Shown one piece after another: positions 22,362 through 34,300 of a DNA stretch of 64,000 nt. Each line of letters begins with the position of its first letter. The first letter of the stretch is position 1. The notes beneath the pieces were generated by a model. That model was given only the letters and a program-made list of their open reading frames with translations. It was not told the origin of the DNA and did not search any database. The position numbers and the translations under genes are program-made. Source of the DNA: Strigamia acuminata (Eukaryota); the NCBI GenBank assembly GCA_949358305.1, contig OX442314.1:27032001-27096000 (forward strand). Direction: 5' to 3'.

Positions 22362-25300
22362 TTAACCCAACTTGACTTGTTTTAGACAATTTACGAGTTG
22401 TACAAAATCGGTCACGTATTTTGTGTTCGGCTTGGGTCTACGTTTAGACTGTCGAACGGGAGATGGAAATCTTTTCCTCTTTTTAGACGGATTTTGAGGA
22501 GTTTCGTCCTCTTTAGAAGAAATTTGAGAAGTTTCCTCCTCTTTCTCTTCAACTAAATTCTCTGTTTCCATGGATACAGGCTCATTTATTAATTCAGAAT
22601 TAATAACTTGATCCGCCATCCAATCTGGAGTCGGGTGTGACTCGTTGGTGCCGACTTTCTGGTCTAATGTCCATTCCTCAATCGGATAACTTGGGATATA
22701 AGGCATTAAATCCTGTATGTTGATCGCTTTTGCTTTCGTGTTATCGGAAAGCTTCCGTAGTGTGTAGGAACCTCCGCCGAGAACAGCCGTAATTTCCCAA
22801 GGTCCATCACGTTTCTCAGCGAATCCTGCCGAAATCCCTTTATCTTTATTCGATAAAATATGTGTGGCTTTCCACACGAGATCTCCTTTGGCGAATTGAC
22901 AAATATAATATTTGTCTTTATGTAGTCGATCATGCTTTTCGTAATTCGATTGAATTTTTCGATGCATTTCGCTGTGTGCACGTCTAATTACGTCTAAAAT
23001 ACTATAGACATAGGCTTCGGGGTTCTCTTTGTCGAATTTGATAGCGTGTTTAGTAATACGCGGGTCAAATGGCAAAGGAACGATTCTTCCGGTATTAAGA
23101 ATCATCGGAGAACAATTTGTTGCCTCGGACTTGGCGGTGCGCATTGCAAAGGCAAAAGAATTTAAATATTTTGGCCAGTGGGAGTGAATGTCCGAGTATA
23201 AAGCTAACATCATTTTTAAAGTCCTGTTAGCCCGCTCTGTAATATTAGCGGCAGCGTGATATGGACTAATGTGAGCAATATCTACGTGATTTTTTTGACA
23301 AAAATCATTAAATATTGTCGACACGAATTGTTTGCCGTTGTCGGAGATTATCTTTTTTGGATATCCCCAACGGTGGAAAACTTCGCTCATTTTATTAACG
23401 ATGCATTCACTTGATGCAGTCGCTAGTGGGAAGACTTCAATCCATTTTGTACAATTATCAATGATTACGAAAATCCATTTTAATTGTGAACGACCGGCTG
23501 GTTTTGGTCCCATCAGGTCAATGCTTACAGTCTCCCACGGGTTGGTCATGTTGTGGGGTGTATAGCTTGCCCGATGCTTTTGGTGTTGACTAGGTTTGTA
23601 TTGTTGGCAATGAGTGCAACTGCGAACGTAGTTTCGAGTGTCTTTGCTCATTCTAGGCCAGAAATACATCTTTTTTGCTCTATCTAGGGTTTTGCTCATG
23701 CCGGCATGTCCTGTAAGTGGGTGGCCATGGCATGCGAATAATGCACGTCTCACAAGAGAGCGTGGAATTACCGCCTTAAACCCGTTGCCGGAGTCGTTTA
23801 ACTCCTCCTCATCGGTCGGAGCAAAATAAATTAGCATAACACCTTTATTTTCTTCCGGTTCGTCGAGAGTGTAGCCACGAATCGCATTTAACCAATGTTT
23901 ATCCGTGATACGATTTTTTAATTTTTCGTCTCCTTTTAGGTAAACAAGGATTTTACTACATGCTGGATCTTTAAGCTGCGCTTCGATAATTTCGTCTCGC
24001 GTCGGCGGAACTACTTTTAGGATATCTGTTAGCGCAGTGTGTACATTTTCGTGATTACAATTGTGGACATCTATATGTCTGCAATTTTCTCTCGTACATC
24101 CTTCTTCCTCCCCCTTTTCTCCAGAATCATGAAATCTAACTGGATTATATGATTCTGAGAAAAAATCCAAACTAAGGCCAACATTTGTGAGAAAATGTTT
24201 GCGCTCAGTCTCCGTCACTTGTAAAGATGCACACCTGTTTCCATTCCAAGTTGGATAGAAATGGGTGATTTCCTCTGGTTCGATATAATCGTAATCCGGA
24301 GTGTCTAGTGCAGACAGTGGGGCGCGTGACAATGCGTCCGCTACTTGGTTCATTGCGCCGCGTCTAAAAATAATTTTAAACGCGCCACATTGTATTTTGA
24401 CGGCCCAACGACCAAACCTTCCCGATGGTTCCGGCGTACTCATCAACCAGCTAAGGGCCTTAGCATCGGACTCGAGAGTGAAAGTCGTGTATTCAATATA
24501 TGGGCGAAATCTTTCGATTGCCCATACAACAGCCAAACACTCCAATTCCGGCGTAGAATACCTTACTTCGGCCCCGTGTAACACTCGACTGGCGTACGCG
24601 ACTGCTTTCGGGACCATTATTAATTTCTGTTTCTTTTCACAGAATAATTCTACGTCTTGACAGAGTACTGCACCTAAACCTGAATGAGAAGCATCTGTCA
24701 AAATGACAAAAGGCTTATTCATATCTGGCATGTGGAGAAGGGCTTGGTCCTTGTCACACAAAATATCTTTGATAGTTTCGAATGCAGTTGTTTGTGGATC
24801 ATCCCACACAAACTTTGCTTGATCATGCATAATATTGGTCAATGGACGAGCAATATTTGCGATGTTAGGAATGAATTTTCGGAAAAAATTCGCAAGTCCT
24901 ACAAATCTTTGAATGTCTTTAGAACAAGTCGGTTTGGGAAAATTCCTTACAGCCGAGACTTTGTCAGGGTCTGGAAGAAGAGATCCCTCCGAAATTAAAT
25001 GGCCTAAAAATCGTAATGATGTTCGACCAAATTTTGACTTGTCTTTATTGATAGTTAGATTTGCGGCATCTAACTTCTCAAGTACGTCTTTAATATGTAA
25101 TAAATGATTTTCCCAGGTGTCGGAAAAAATAATTATATCGTCTAAGTAGACCAGAGCGTGTTTATATAAAGAGTCACCCAGTACGGTAGTCATGAGGTGT
25201 TGAAAAGAACTAGGTGCATTACAAAGACCAAATGGCAATCTCTTGAATTGAAATTTGCCTTTTGGGGTGTAAAAAGCAGTTTTGCTCTTATCCTCCTCCT

Positions 25301-26639
25301 CCATTTCCATTTGATGATAACCTTTAGTTAAATCAATGGACGTAAAGTACTTGGCCTGATTAGTATGGTGAATCAATAGGTCAATACTTGGCATTTGAAT
25401 TGCATCAACTTCTGTGATCGCATTCAACCAGCGGTAGTCGATACATAATCGATACTTCCCGCCGGGTTTAGCCACTATGACGGGGTGACTTATATAAGGG
25501 CCAGTGGCAGGTTCGATTAACCCATCAGCCTCTAACTCCTCGACCAATTCCGTCATAATGGCCTTCTTGGCCGGGTTGTACATTCTATACGGCTGGTGTT
25601 TCCAAGTAGCACCAGGTTTAAACTTGATGCTGTGCTTGGCCACCTTCGTGCAGCCCAATTGATCTCGAAATACGTTTTTTAATTTCAAAAGAACGTTTAC
25701 GAGTAATTGTTTTTCTTCCGCCGAGCTGTTGCAGCCTTCGACGAGTTTTTCTGCCCAGTCCGGTGAGGTGGGATTTCCTTCACCTTGGAGACCCAAAGTC
25801 TTAATGCTTGCTAAGCAACAGTTAAGTTCAGTGGTCTCGTACGGGGCTGTCCATCCGGGCATGTCATCACAGGTGAACACAGCCCGTCGGGGATTAGGGT
25901 TTATCCCCGTTCTACGCATAAAATTGTGACCCAAAATCAACCCACATACATTCTTGTGTAGAATTATGAAGGTCATAGGTGTAACTCTCCTTTTATCGGC
26001 CCATTTGACACAAAGACAAACTTGACCGATAGGTCGGTGATCTATTCCGACCGCGCAGACACGCATTCCCCGGGGACATTCTTGTATGAATTCCACCGGA
26101 ATTTCTGTGTTTGAGAGGAGTTGTACTCCAATAAAACATTGGGTGGCTCCAGAGTCCATTAGTGCGTTGTAATCCAAATCTCCAATTTGGACATTCATAC
26201 GCGGATCATCTTTGCCACCATTGATTAATTTGCTATTGCAAAGTTTGCCAAGCAATACTTTTCGTCCTTTCTTGTTCCATTTTTCAAGTTTAAGAAGTTT
26301 TCTTAACTTGAAAACTTTGGGTACAAGCGGTTTCTTGGGTGCATTCCAGCTTCCACTGAAAATACTCAAATTTTCTAGTTGGTTTGTCATGACTTTTAAA
26401 TTTTCATCGACACCGCCAGTAGAGCTGCTAGTCTTTCGACAGACAGGTACTGCTTCGTAAGAAATGACCAACGATGGTGGTTTATTCTTCGAATCGTCGA
26501 CATATGGCACTGTGAGGTGACTAGGCTTATGTCTTAATTTAAATTCATCTTTCCGTGAAAATAAATCATTTGACAATTCCGAGAGAGGAAACAATTCGTT
26601 AGGCGGGGGTTGGGCAATTTGAACAACCCCCTGAATCAG
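22362..26639 (-). CDS. pol: Element B Pol (PR-RT-RNaseH-IN), via -1 frameshift
   Basis: LMDSGA, YLDD, TDAS, HHCC, D..D..E and RDGPW motifs; frame open back to slippery A-AAA-AAC at 26639-26645. Confidence 0.95.
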   Translation of the reverse strand: MIQGVVQIAQPPPNELFPLSELSNDLFSRKDEFKLRHKPSHLTVPYVDDSKNKPPSLVISYEAVPVCRKTSSSTGGVDENLKVMTNQLENLSIFSGSWNAPKKPLVPKVFKLRKLLKLEKWNKKGRKVLLGKLCNSKLINGGKDDPRMNVQIGDLDYNALMDSGATQCFIGVQLLSNTEIPVEFIQECPRGMRVCAVGIDHRPIGQVCLCVKWADKRRVTPMTFIILHKNVCGLILGHNFMRRTGINPNPRRAVFTCDDMPGWTAPYETTELNCCLASIKTLGLQGEGNPTSPDWAEKLVEGCNSSAEEKQLLVNVLLKLKNVFRDQLGCTKVAKHSIKFKPGATWKHQPYRMYNPAKKAIMTELVEELEADGLIEPATGPYISHPVIVAKPGGKYRLCIDYRWLNAITEVDAIQMPSIDLLIHHTNQAKYFTSIDLTKGYHQMEMEEEDKSKTAFYTPKGKFQFKRLPFGLCNAPSSFQHLMTTVLGDSLYKHALVYLDDIIIFSDTWENHLLHIKDVLEKLDAANLTINKDKSKFGRTSLRFLGHLISEGSLLPDPDKVSAVRNFPKPTCSKDIQRFVGLANFFRKFIPNIANIARPLTNIMHDQAKFVWDDPQTTAFETIKDILCDKDQALLHMPDMNKPFVILTDASHSGLGAVLCQDVELFCEKKQKLIMVPKAVAYASRVLHGAEVRYSTPELECLAVVWAIERFRPYIEYTTFTLESDAKALSWLMSTPEPSGRFGRWAVKIQCGAFKIIFRRGAMNQVADALSRAPLSALDTPDYDYIEPEEITHFYPTWNGNRCASLQVTETERKHFLTNVGLSLDFFSESYNPVRFHDSGEKGEEEGCTRENCRHIDVHNCNHENVHTALTDILKVVPPTRDEIIEAQLKDPACSKILVYLKGDEKLKNRITDKHWLNAIRGYTLDEPEENKGVMLIYFAPTDEEELNDSGNGFKAVIPRSLVRRALFACHGHPLTGHAGMSKTLDRAKKMYFWPRMSKDTRNYVRSCTHCQQYKPSQHQKHRASYTPHNMTNPWETVSIDLMGPKPAGRSQLKWIFVIIDNCTKWIEVFPLATASSECIVNKMSEVFHRWGYPKKIISDNGKQFVSTIFNDFCQKNHVDIAHISPYHAAANITERANRTLKMMLALYSDIHSHWPKYLNSFAFAMRTAKSEATNCSPMILNTGRIVPLPFDPRITKHAIKFDKENPEAYVYSILDVIRRAHSEMHRKIQSNYEKHDRLHKDKYYICQFAKGDLVWKATHILSNKDKGISAGFAEKRDGPWEITAVLGGGSYTLRKLSDNTKAKAINIQDLMPYIPSYPIEEWTLDQKVGTNESHPTPDWMADQVINSELINEPVSMETENLVEEKEEETSQISSKEDETPQNPSKKRKRFPSPVRQSKRRPKPNTKYVTDFVQLVNCLKQVKLG

Positions 26640-28660
26640 TTTTTTGTCTCGTCGGGAGTGACTGAATCAGTGGCTGCTGGTAAATGCTTAATTAACAGGT
26701 CAACCATGTTTTTCTGGAAGTCAGTAAATTTGGAGTCTAAAGTCTCTGACGTAACCCAATTTTGTTTGGGTCGTTTAAACTCGGGGTTGGGAGCAGAGTG
26801 GTTAAATCTTTTATTTGAGTTTAACGAGTCTGCTTTCCCTGGTAATTTTTTGGCAAGAGCGGGACATTCTCTTTTAAAATGTCCAGGCTCGTGACAGAAA
26901 AAGCATTTTTCAGTAGTCTTTTCATACTGGGCGGCAAATAATCGCTCCATTGAACCATCGTCAGTTGAGTCGTCATTTTCCGACTCGTCTTCATTTTCAA
27001 CTTCATCTTGTGTTTGCGTTAAACGTAGTGAAGTTTTAGATGGAAAAATCTTAGATTTTTCGTGAAGTTTGGGAGTAGGATGATTCTCTCGATTATCGTA
27101 CTCCAATTTTGCTGCAAGTTGAGAACTTTCAAACTTAGAGCGATTTGCTCCTACATATTGTAGAATGTCATCTACTGTAAAGTTACCATACATTCCTTGT
27201 GTACATAACGCCGTGAAACTTTCTTGAGTTAAATTGTCGAATAATTGCGCACGTCCAGTTTTATCACCTGGCGGCACTTCACCTTGTTCTTGCGTATAAC
27301 GCAGAAGAAAACTATAAAGTGACTCGTCGGCTCGTTGTTTTACATTAAGAAGTCGCCTTTCTCTTGTAAGTGGAACGAGGTCGAAACAATCGAGGAAAGA
27401 GGCTTCGAAAGTTCGCCAACTGTTAAAGGTATGGCGTTGCTTATGGAACCAACGTTGTGCATGGCCTAATAGTCGTCCAGGTACAGCAGTGTGTACCATG
27501 TCGTCTAAAGGGATGCCTTTCCCGAGTGCGACAGCTTTGACGATTTCAAGGAATCGCGCAACCTCTGTCTCGATTCCTTTTCCAAAATTCTGACTGGGAG
27601 TACTCGGGCTTCGGATTTGACCTACTAAACCCTGAATAATTTGTTTTACATTTTCGTCCGACAAATTAGAAGCAGAGTTCGAATTGGGTGTAGACCGACT
27701 TTCTTGGTCTCTGGGTGGCGGATTTGGCTCTCCTTGAAAATTTTGATGTCTATCAGGTGGCGGTGGAGAACGCGAATTATTACGTCGGTGGAAATTATTG
27801 TTATAATTTCCCCCTCTACCAGCGTGAGATTCGTCACTACTCGAGTTAGGATCGGAGTCACGAGGATCACCAGGAGCTCCGGGAAATCGTTGATTTCTCG
27901 GCGGAGCTCGTCCACCTTGAGAGCGGGAATTTCTATAATTCCTAAAATCTCCATCAGACTGGGTGTGAGATTGAAAATTTTGATAATTTTCATTTCTCCC
28001 CCTTGGTTGGACCGACAGATTAGTTCGAGGCTGTGGAACTCTGAAAGAATCATTCAAATTCCCAGTGGGAGCGGGTAAATTATTATTTACTGCCGTCGCA
28101 CTTGGCAAATTTCGGGAAATTGGCGCAGAAATATTTCCTTGTCCGGAATTTCCCATTCTTTCGGCCGAATTCGATCGCCAAGAACTAGTTGGTAACTGAA
28201 TCGAAGGTTGAACAGATAGTGAAGAATTTAACTGCCCATTGTCGTCACGAGCAACATTCATTCGCCATCCAGGTAATTGCTGGTAGCGATATGTGGCCGG
28301 TGAACGAGGGCCAGTTCGATCTACAGAAACACTTTGTTCGTTGGTTACAACTACATCGGGAGTAATTACACGATTTCTCTCGTGATGATTATTCGCCGTG
28401 TATTGTTGAGCTTCACACAAAGAGGAAAACTGCGTCACTTCCAATTGGTAATGGCGACAGTAAACTTCTAAATCATGTGGGACTGATAGTGGATCCGTTC
28501 GAGAACTACCTGGGTTGGAAACGTCTCTAGGAACATTTTCTTCCCCCTGGCTTTCTAGATCAGACTCCACAATTCCTCTTGGTGTTTCACACATACCACC
28601 ACGTCGTCGTGCTCCACGATTTCCTCGTGTTCCACGAACTCTTACAGGTCTACGGGCCAT
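26636..28660 (-). CDS. gag: Element B Gag (8-aa internal deletion relative to A)
   Basis: ATG at 28660; capsid-like region AQRWF...FEASFL; CCHC knuckle CFFCHEPGHFKREC. Confidence 0.9.
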   Translation of the reverse strand: MARRPVRVRGTRGNRGARRRGGMCETPRGIVESDLESQGEENVPRDVSNPGSSRTDPLSVPHDLEVYCRHYQLEVTQFSSLCEAQQYTANNHHERNRVITPDVVVTNEQSVSVDRTGPRSPATYRYQQLPGWRMNVARDDNGQLNSSLSVQPSIQLPTSSWRSNSAERMGNSGQGNISAPISRNLPSATAVNNNLPAPTGNLNDSFRVPQPRTNLSVQPRGRNENYQNFQSHTQSDGDFRNYRNSRSQGGRAPPRNQRFPGAPGDPRDSDPNSSSDESHAGRGGNYNNNFHRRNNSRSPPPPDRHQNFQGEPNPPPRDQESRSTPNSNSASNLSDENVKQIIQGLVGQIRSPSTPSQNFGKGIETEVARFLEIVKAVALGKGIPLDDMVHTAVPGRLLGHAQRWFHKQRHTFNSWRTFEASFLDCFDLVPLTRERRLLNVKQRADESLYSFLLRYTQEQGEVPPGDKTGRAQLFDNLTQESFTALCTQGMYGNFTVDDILQYVGANRSKFESSQLAAKLEYDNRENHPTPKLHEKSKIFPSKTSLRLTQTQDEVENEDESENDDSTDDGSMERLFAAQYEKTTEKCFFCHEPGHFKRECPALAKKLPGKADSLNSNKRFNHSAPNPEFKRPKQNWVTSETLDSKFTDFQKNMVDLLIKHLPAATDSVTPDETKN

Positions 28661-29515
28661 AATACTCAAAGAAATACACGTACAACAAGAAAAAATAAGA
28701 TTTTAACTGAACTAGCGTAAATGTAACACGCTTAATATTAAACTAAGAAATAATTTGAAAAAATACAACCTTAGCTGCTGAAACTGAAGTGGCTTCGGGA
28801 AAAAACTGTCCTGTTGAGTGGTCAAGAATGGTCCAAACGGGCACTGGTCACAAGGCACAACTGGATGGTCGCACTGTCGAAAAGCAAGTGTGGCTGAATA
28901 TTGGTTGTCAAACTAGCTTCCGGAAAATCTCCTTTGTCAAGACAGTCTGCTGTGATTGGCGATGTTGAAAAATTTCTGATAATTTCTAATCCGAAATTCT
29001 CAACAATGTCACATCTGGATGACCTACTCCGAGCTGCATCGTGAGTGGCTCTCTTTGTCACATTCTTTACTTCGTCAAAGATAAAAATAATAATCCAAAA
29101 CGTTGAACAGAACAATGGAAACTTGGTCAAGTTTTTTAACCAGCAAAATAAAATGTTTTAACTTGTTATTTTTCAGTCAGCAGGATTTCTAGTCAAATTC
29201 GTTTTTTGATCGAAATTCAAGGTTTCGAAATTTTCCAGAATATAGTCGAATATTCTGGGAAACTCAACAAAATCAAAATAGATTTTTTTGTACGAAATTC
29301 GGATTTATAATGAGTTTTTCAAAATAATCCAAAAATTCGAATTCAGATATTTCCAAAAGATAATGAGAATTTTTTGAAAACAAATGGATATTTCACAGTA
29401 AGTTTATAGAAAAAAATCGGAAATTTCTAATTATAATATCTACATAAAATAATCAAGAAATTTATTTTTCAATTTTACACTTGATCACAGAGTTCACTTC
29501 AATAAAACGCAACCT

Positions 29516-29533
29516 ATCTCGGTGGGACCTCCA
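29516..29533 (-). promoter_or_regulatory. Primer binding site of B, tRNA-Gln type
   Basis: TGGAGGTCCCACCGAGAT, 2 nt inside the 5' LTR. Confidence 0.85.
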
Positions 29534-29535
29534 CG

Positions 29536-31125
29536 TGTGACGATTACCTTCTGGAGATAGCAATTGCTAAACTAAAGTGTGAACTATCTGTGTGAAAATG
29601 TAAAATATGCAAACCTGATGTTTTCTCAAAGCATATAACATTTATTCCGGTTTGAACCTTATATAAATACTATGCCTACAAGTGGCTAAAATGACGATAA
29701 GTTAAACTATACAGTTATTTGGCAAAAGCCCTGAAATAATATCATTTGAAGGCTTCAGTCATGCAATAAGAATTTGTAACGGTCTTATTGCTGTGACGTA
29801 AAAGATGTCATCTATGAATGGCTTTGGCTTCTAAATGGTCCGGGGTTTGGTTCTAAAAGGCGTGTAAATGGTTAGGCTGGGTGGGTTATATCCGAGAGGT
29901 GCGGTTGACTTTTCTGTATCGTCACACACATCGCATCGCAGATAATTATTGTAATCAATAATTATTGCGAGATGTAACAATGTGAGAATAAATATTCATA
30001 TTAATTCTATGGAAGTAATCATGATATTTTAGAGTCACAAACTTAACTAAAACTATGAAAATAAGTAAAATATATTAAAATAGCGCCGAGCTATTTTTTG
30101 CCCCGAGTGCAATCAACATCTAAGTTAGACTTAAATGTTCCGTCAAACCAATAACGAATTGAATCGAAATATCTCGCAGGAAAGGTTATCCATCGCCGGG
30201 AAATTACTCCACTCGGTCCTGGCTGGCGGGAGAGTAACCGGGAAATTACTCCGCGTCGATCACTCTGATAATGCGTCTGTGAAATATAAATACTCCACTC
30301 TAGATTCTACATTACCAATGCGTCTGTGAATTTTACTCCACTCTAGATTCTGCACTCTACAACGGAATGTTGGCATGAAGCTGGAGGGAGTGTGTCTGTG
30401 GGTTGTACCCCACTCTAGATACTACACTTAAATGTGTCTGTGAATTACTCACTCTAGTTACTACATTTCTACAACGGAATGTTGGCATGAAGAGGCGGGC
30501 AGTGTGTCTGTGAGTCTTCTACCCACTCTAGATACTTACACTAAATACAAAGTATTTCTACAACGGATTGTCGGAACGCAGAGAAGTATAATATGTGCTC
30601 AAGTAATATCAGTATCAAACAAAAACAGAACAAGAGCGAGCTATATCCGTTTTACAGGGGGATATATACTCGGTGAGGAGAATAGCTGTTCAGTGATCCA
30701 ATGGGATCACTGGGCAGTCAAATCCATCCAATCCCAGATCACAGGAAGTGGATACTCAGGACATAGTCTTCTACTAGGTCCACTACAGGAACTGGATACA
30801 CAGGACACACTTTGGATTAAGTCCTTTTGACTATAATCCAAAAGGAGTCCAACTCACAGTGGGTGATGGGGGGTGACTTCACCAGGTGTAGAGTTTGCAC
30901 ATAATTCAATAGAATTATGTGACAAATAAATCAACTAGTATTTAAACATCCAAAAGTATTTAAAAGTGTCTAAAGTTGCAGTGGAATAAAATATAAATAG
31001 TAATTTATATTTTATTCACTCAAAAATTGTCGAAATTTGAAATTACCGCTAAAACGTATCAGCGCCATCTATTGGTGAAGTAATCGTCCTATACTAACAA
31101 AGTGTATGACAGTGTAACCGTCACA
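29536..31125 (-). repeat. 5' LTR of element B
   Basis: Direct repeat of 17156-18745, adjacent to the PBS. Confidence 0.95.
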
Positions 31126-31303
31126 AATGTTTACACGTAGATTAATTTAAATACAATCGGCCGTGTAAAAATAACTCAAACATTTGTTAGATTTTATTCA
31201 CACCAAAAAAAAATGTTTTTAATTAATAAAATTTAACAATCCTTCGTGAATATGATTGGAAATATTTATTTTAAAATAAAATATTTTCAATATATTGTGT
31301 TTT

Positions 31304-34300
31304 TTAACCCAACTTGACTTGTTTTAAACAATTTATGAGTTGTACAAAATCGGTCACGTATTTTGTGTTCGGCTTGGGTCTACGTTTAGACTGTCGAACG
31401 GGAGATGGAAATCTTTTCCTCTTTTTAGATGGATTTTGAGGAGTTTCGTCCTCTTTAGAAGAAATCTGAGAAGTTTCCTCCTCTTTCTCTTCAACTAAAT
31501 CCTCTGTTTCCATGGATACAGGCTCATTTATTAATTCTGGAGAATTAATAACTTGATCCGCCATCCAATCTGGAGTCGGGTGTGACTCGTTGGTGCCGAC
31601 TTTCTGATCTAATGTCCATTCCTCAATCGGGTAACTTGGGATATAAGGCATTAAATCCTGTATGTTGATCGCTTTTGCTTTCGTGTTATCAGAAAGCTTA
31701 CGTAGTGTGTAGGAACCTCCGCCGAGAACAGCCGTAATTTCCCAAGGTCCATCACGTTTCTCAGCGAATCCTGCCGAAATCCCTTTATCTTTATTCGATA
31801 AAATATGTGTGGCTTTCCACACGAGATCTCCTTTGGCAAATTGACAAATATAATATTTGTCCTTATGTAGTCGATCATGCTTCTCGTAATTCGATTGAAT
31901 TTTTCGATGCATTTCGCTGTGAGCACGTCTAATTACGTCTAAAATACTATAGACATAAGCTTCGGGATTTTCTTTGTCGAATTTGATGGCGTGTTTAGTA
32001 ATACGCGGGTCAAATGGCAAAGGAACGATTCTTCCCGTATTAAGAATCATCGGAGAACAATTTGTTGCCTCGGACTTAGCGGTGCGCATCGCAAAGGCAA
32101 AAGAATTTAAATATTTTGGCCAGTGGGAGTGAATGTCCGAATATAAAGCTAACATCATCTTTAAAGTCCTGTTTGCTCGCTCTGTAATATTAGCGGCAGC
32201 GTGATATGGGCTAATGTGGGCAATATCTACGTGATTTTTTCGACAAAAATCATTAAATATTGTCGACACGAATTGTTTGCCGTTGTCGGAGATTATCTTT
32301 TTTGGATATCCCCAACGGTGGAAAACTTCGCTCATCTTATTAACAATGCATTCACTTGATGCGGTCGCTAGTGGAAAGACTTCAATCCATTTTGTACAAT
32401 TATCAATGATTACTAAAATCCATTTTAATTGTGAACGACCGGCTGGTTTTGGTCCCATCAGGTCAATGCTTATTGTCTCCCACGGGTTGGTCATGTTGTG
32501 GGGTGTATAGCTTGCCCGATGCTTTTGGTGTTGACTAGGTTTGTATTGCTGGCAATGAGTGCAACTGCGAACGTAGTTTCGAGTGTCTTTGCTCATTCTG
32601 GGCCAGAAATACATCTTCTTTGCTCTATCTAGGGTTTTGCTCATGCCGGCATGTCCTGTAAGTGGGTGGCCATGGCATGCGAATAATGCACGTCTCACAA
32701 GAGAGCGTGGAATTACCGCCTTAAACCCGTTGCCGGAGTCGTTTAACTCTTCCTCATCGGTCGGAGCAAAATAAATTAGCATAACACCTTTATTTTCTTC
32801 CGGTTCGTCGAGAGTGTAGCCACGAATCGCATTTAACCAATGTTTATCCGTGATACGATTTTTTAATTTTTCGTTTCCTTTTAGGTAAACAAGGATTTTA
32901 CTACATGCTGGATCTTTAAGCTGCGTTTCGATAATTTCGTCTCTAGTCGGCGGGACTATTTTGAGGATATCTGTTAGCGCAGTGTGTACATTTTCGTGAT
33001 TACAATTGTGGACATCTATATGTCTGCAATTTTCTCTCGTACATCCTTCTTCCTCCCCCTTTTCTCCAGAATCATGAAATCTAACTGGATTATATGATTC
33101 TGAGAAAAAATCTAAACTAAGGCCAACATTTGTAAGAAAATGTTTGTGTTCAGTTTCCGTCACTTGTAAAGATGCACACCTGTTTCCATTCCAAGTTGGA
33201 TAGAAATGTGTGATTTCCTCTGGTTCGATATAATCATAATCCGGAGTGTCTAGTGCAGACAGTGGAGCGCGTGATAATGCGTCCGCTACTTGGTTCATTG
33301 CGCCACGTCTAAAAATAATTTTAAACGCGCCACATTGTATTTTTACGGCCCAACGACCAAACCTTCCGGATGGTTCCGGCGTACTCATCAACCAGCTAAG
33401 GGCCTTAGCATCGGACTCGAGAGTGAAGGTCGTGTATTCAATATATGGGCGAAATCTTTCGATTGCCCATACAACGGCCAAACACTCCAATTCCGGCGTA
33501 GAATACCTTACTTCGGCCCCGTGTAACACTCGACTGGCGTACGCGACTGCTTTCGGGACCATGATTAATTTCTGTTTCTTTTCACAGAATAACTCGACAT
33601 CTTGGCAGAGTACTGCACCCAAGCCTGAATGAGAAGCATCTGTCAAAATGACAAAAGGCTTATTCATATCTGGCATGTGGAGAAGGGCTTGGTCCTTGTC
33701 ACACAAAATATCTTTGATAGTTTCGAATGCAGTTGTTTGTGGATCATCCCACACAAACTTTGCTTGATCATGCATAATATTGGTCAATGGACGAGCAATA
33801 TTGGTGATGTTAGGAATGAATTTTCGGAAAAAATTCGCAAGTCCTACAAATCTTTGAATGTCTTTAGAACAAGTCGGTTTGGGAAAATTCCTTACAGCCG
33901 AGACTTTGTCAGGGTCTGGAAGAAGAGATCCCTCCGAAATTAAATGGCCTAAAAATCGTAATGATGTTCGACCAAATTTTGACTTGTCTTTATTGATAGT
34001 TAGATTTGCGGCATCTAACTTCTCAAGTACGTCTTTAATATGTAATAAATGATTTTCCCAAGTGTCGGAAAAAATAATTATATCGTCTAAGTAGACCAGA
34101 GCGTGTTTATATAAAGAGTCACCCAATACGGTAGTCATGAGGTGTTGAAAAGAGCTAGGTGCATTACAAAGACCAAATGGCAATCTCTTGAATTGAAATT
34201 TGCCTTTTGGGGTGTAAAAAGCAGTTTTGCTCTTATCCTCCTCCTCCATTTCCATTTGATGATAACCTTTAGTTAAATCAATGGACGTAAAGTACTTGGC

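Larger units (their letters stand above)
17156..31125 (-). mobile_element. Ty3/gypsy LTR retrotransposon B (same family as A), nested in A between pol and ORF3
   Basis: TSD AATG (17152-17155, 31126-31129); 1590-bp LTRs; PBS 29516-29533; PPT 18746-18755; the empty-site sequence GTAAATGTTTACAC is seen in B itself at ~22181. Confidence 0.95.

Noticed and set aside
22706..26894. Numerous short alternative-frame and antisense ORFs over gag/pol
   Set aside because: Shadows of the long coding frames, repeated only because the elements are repeated.
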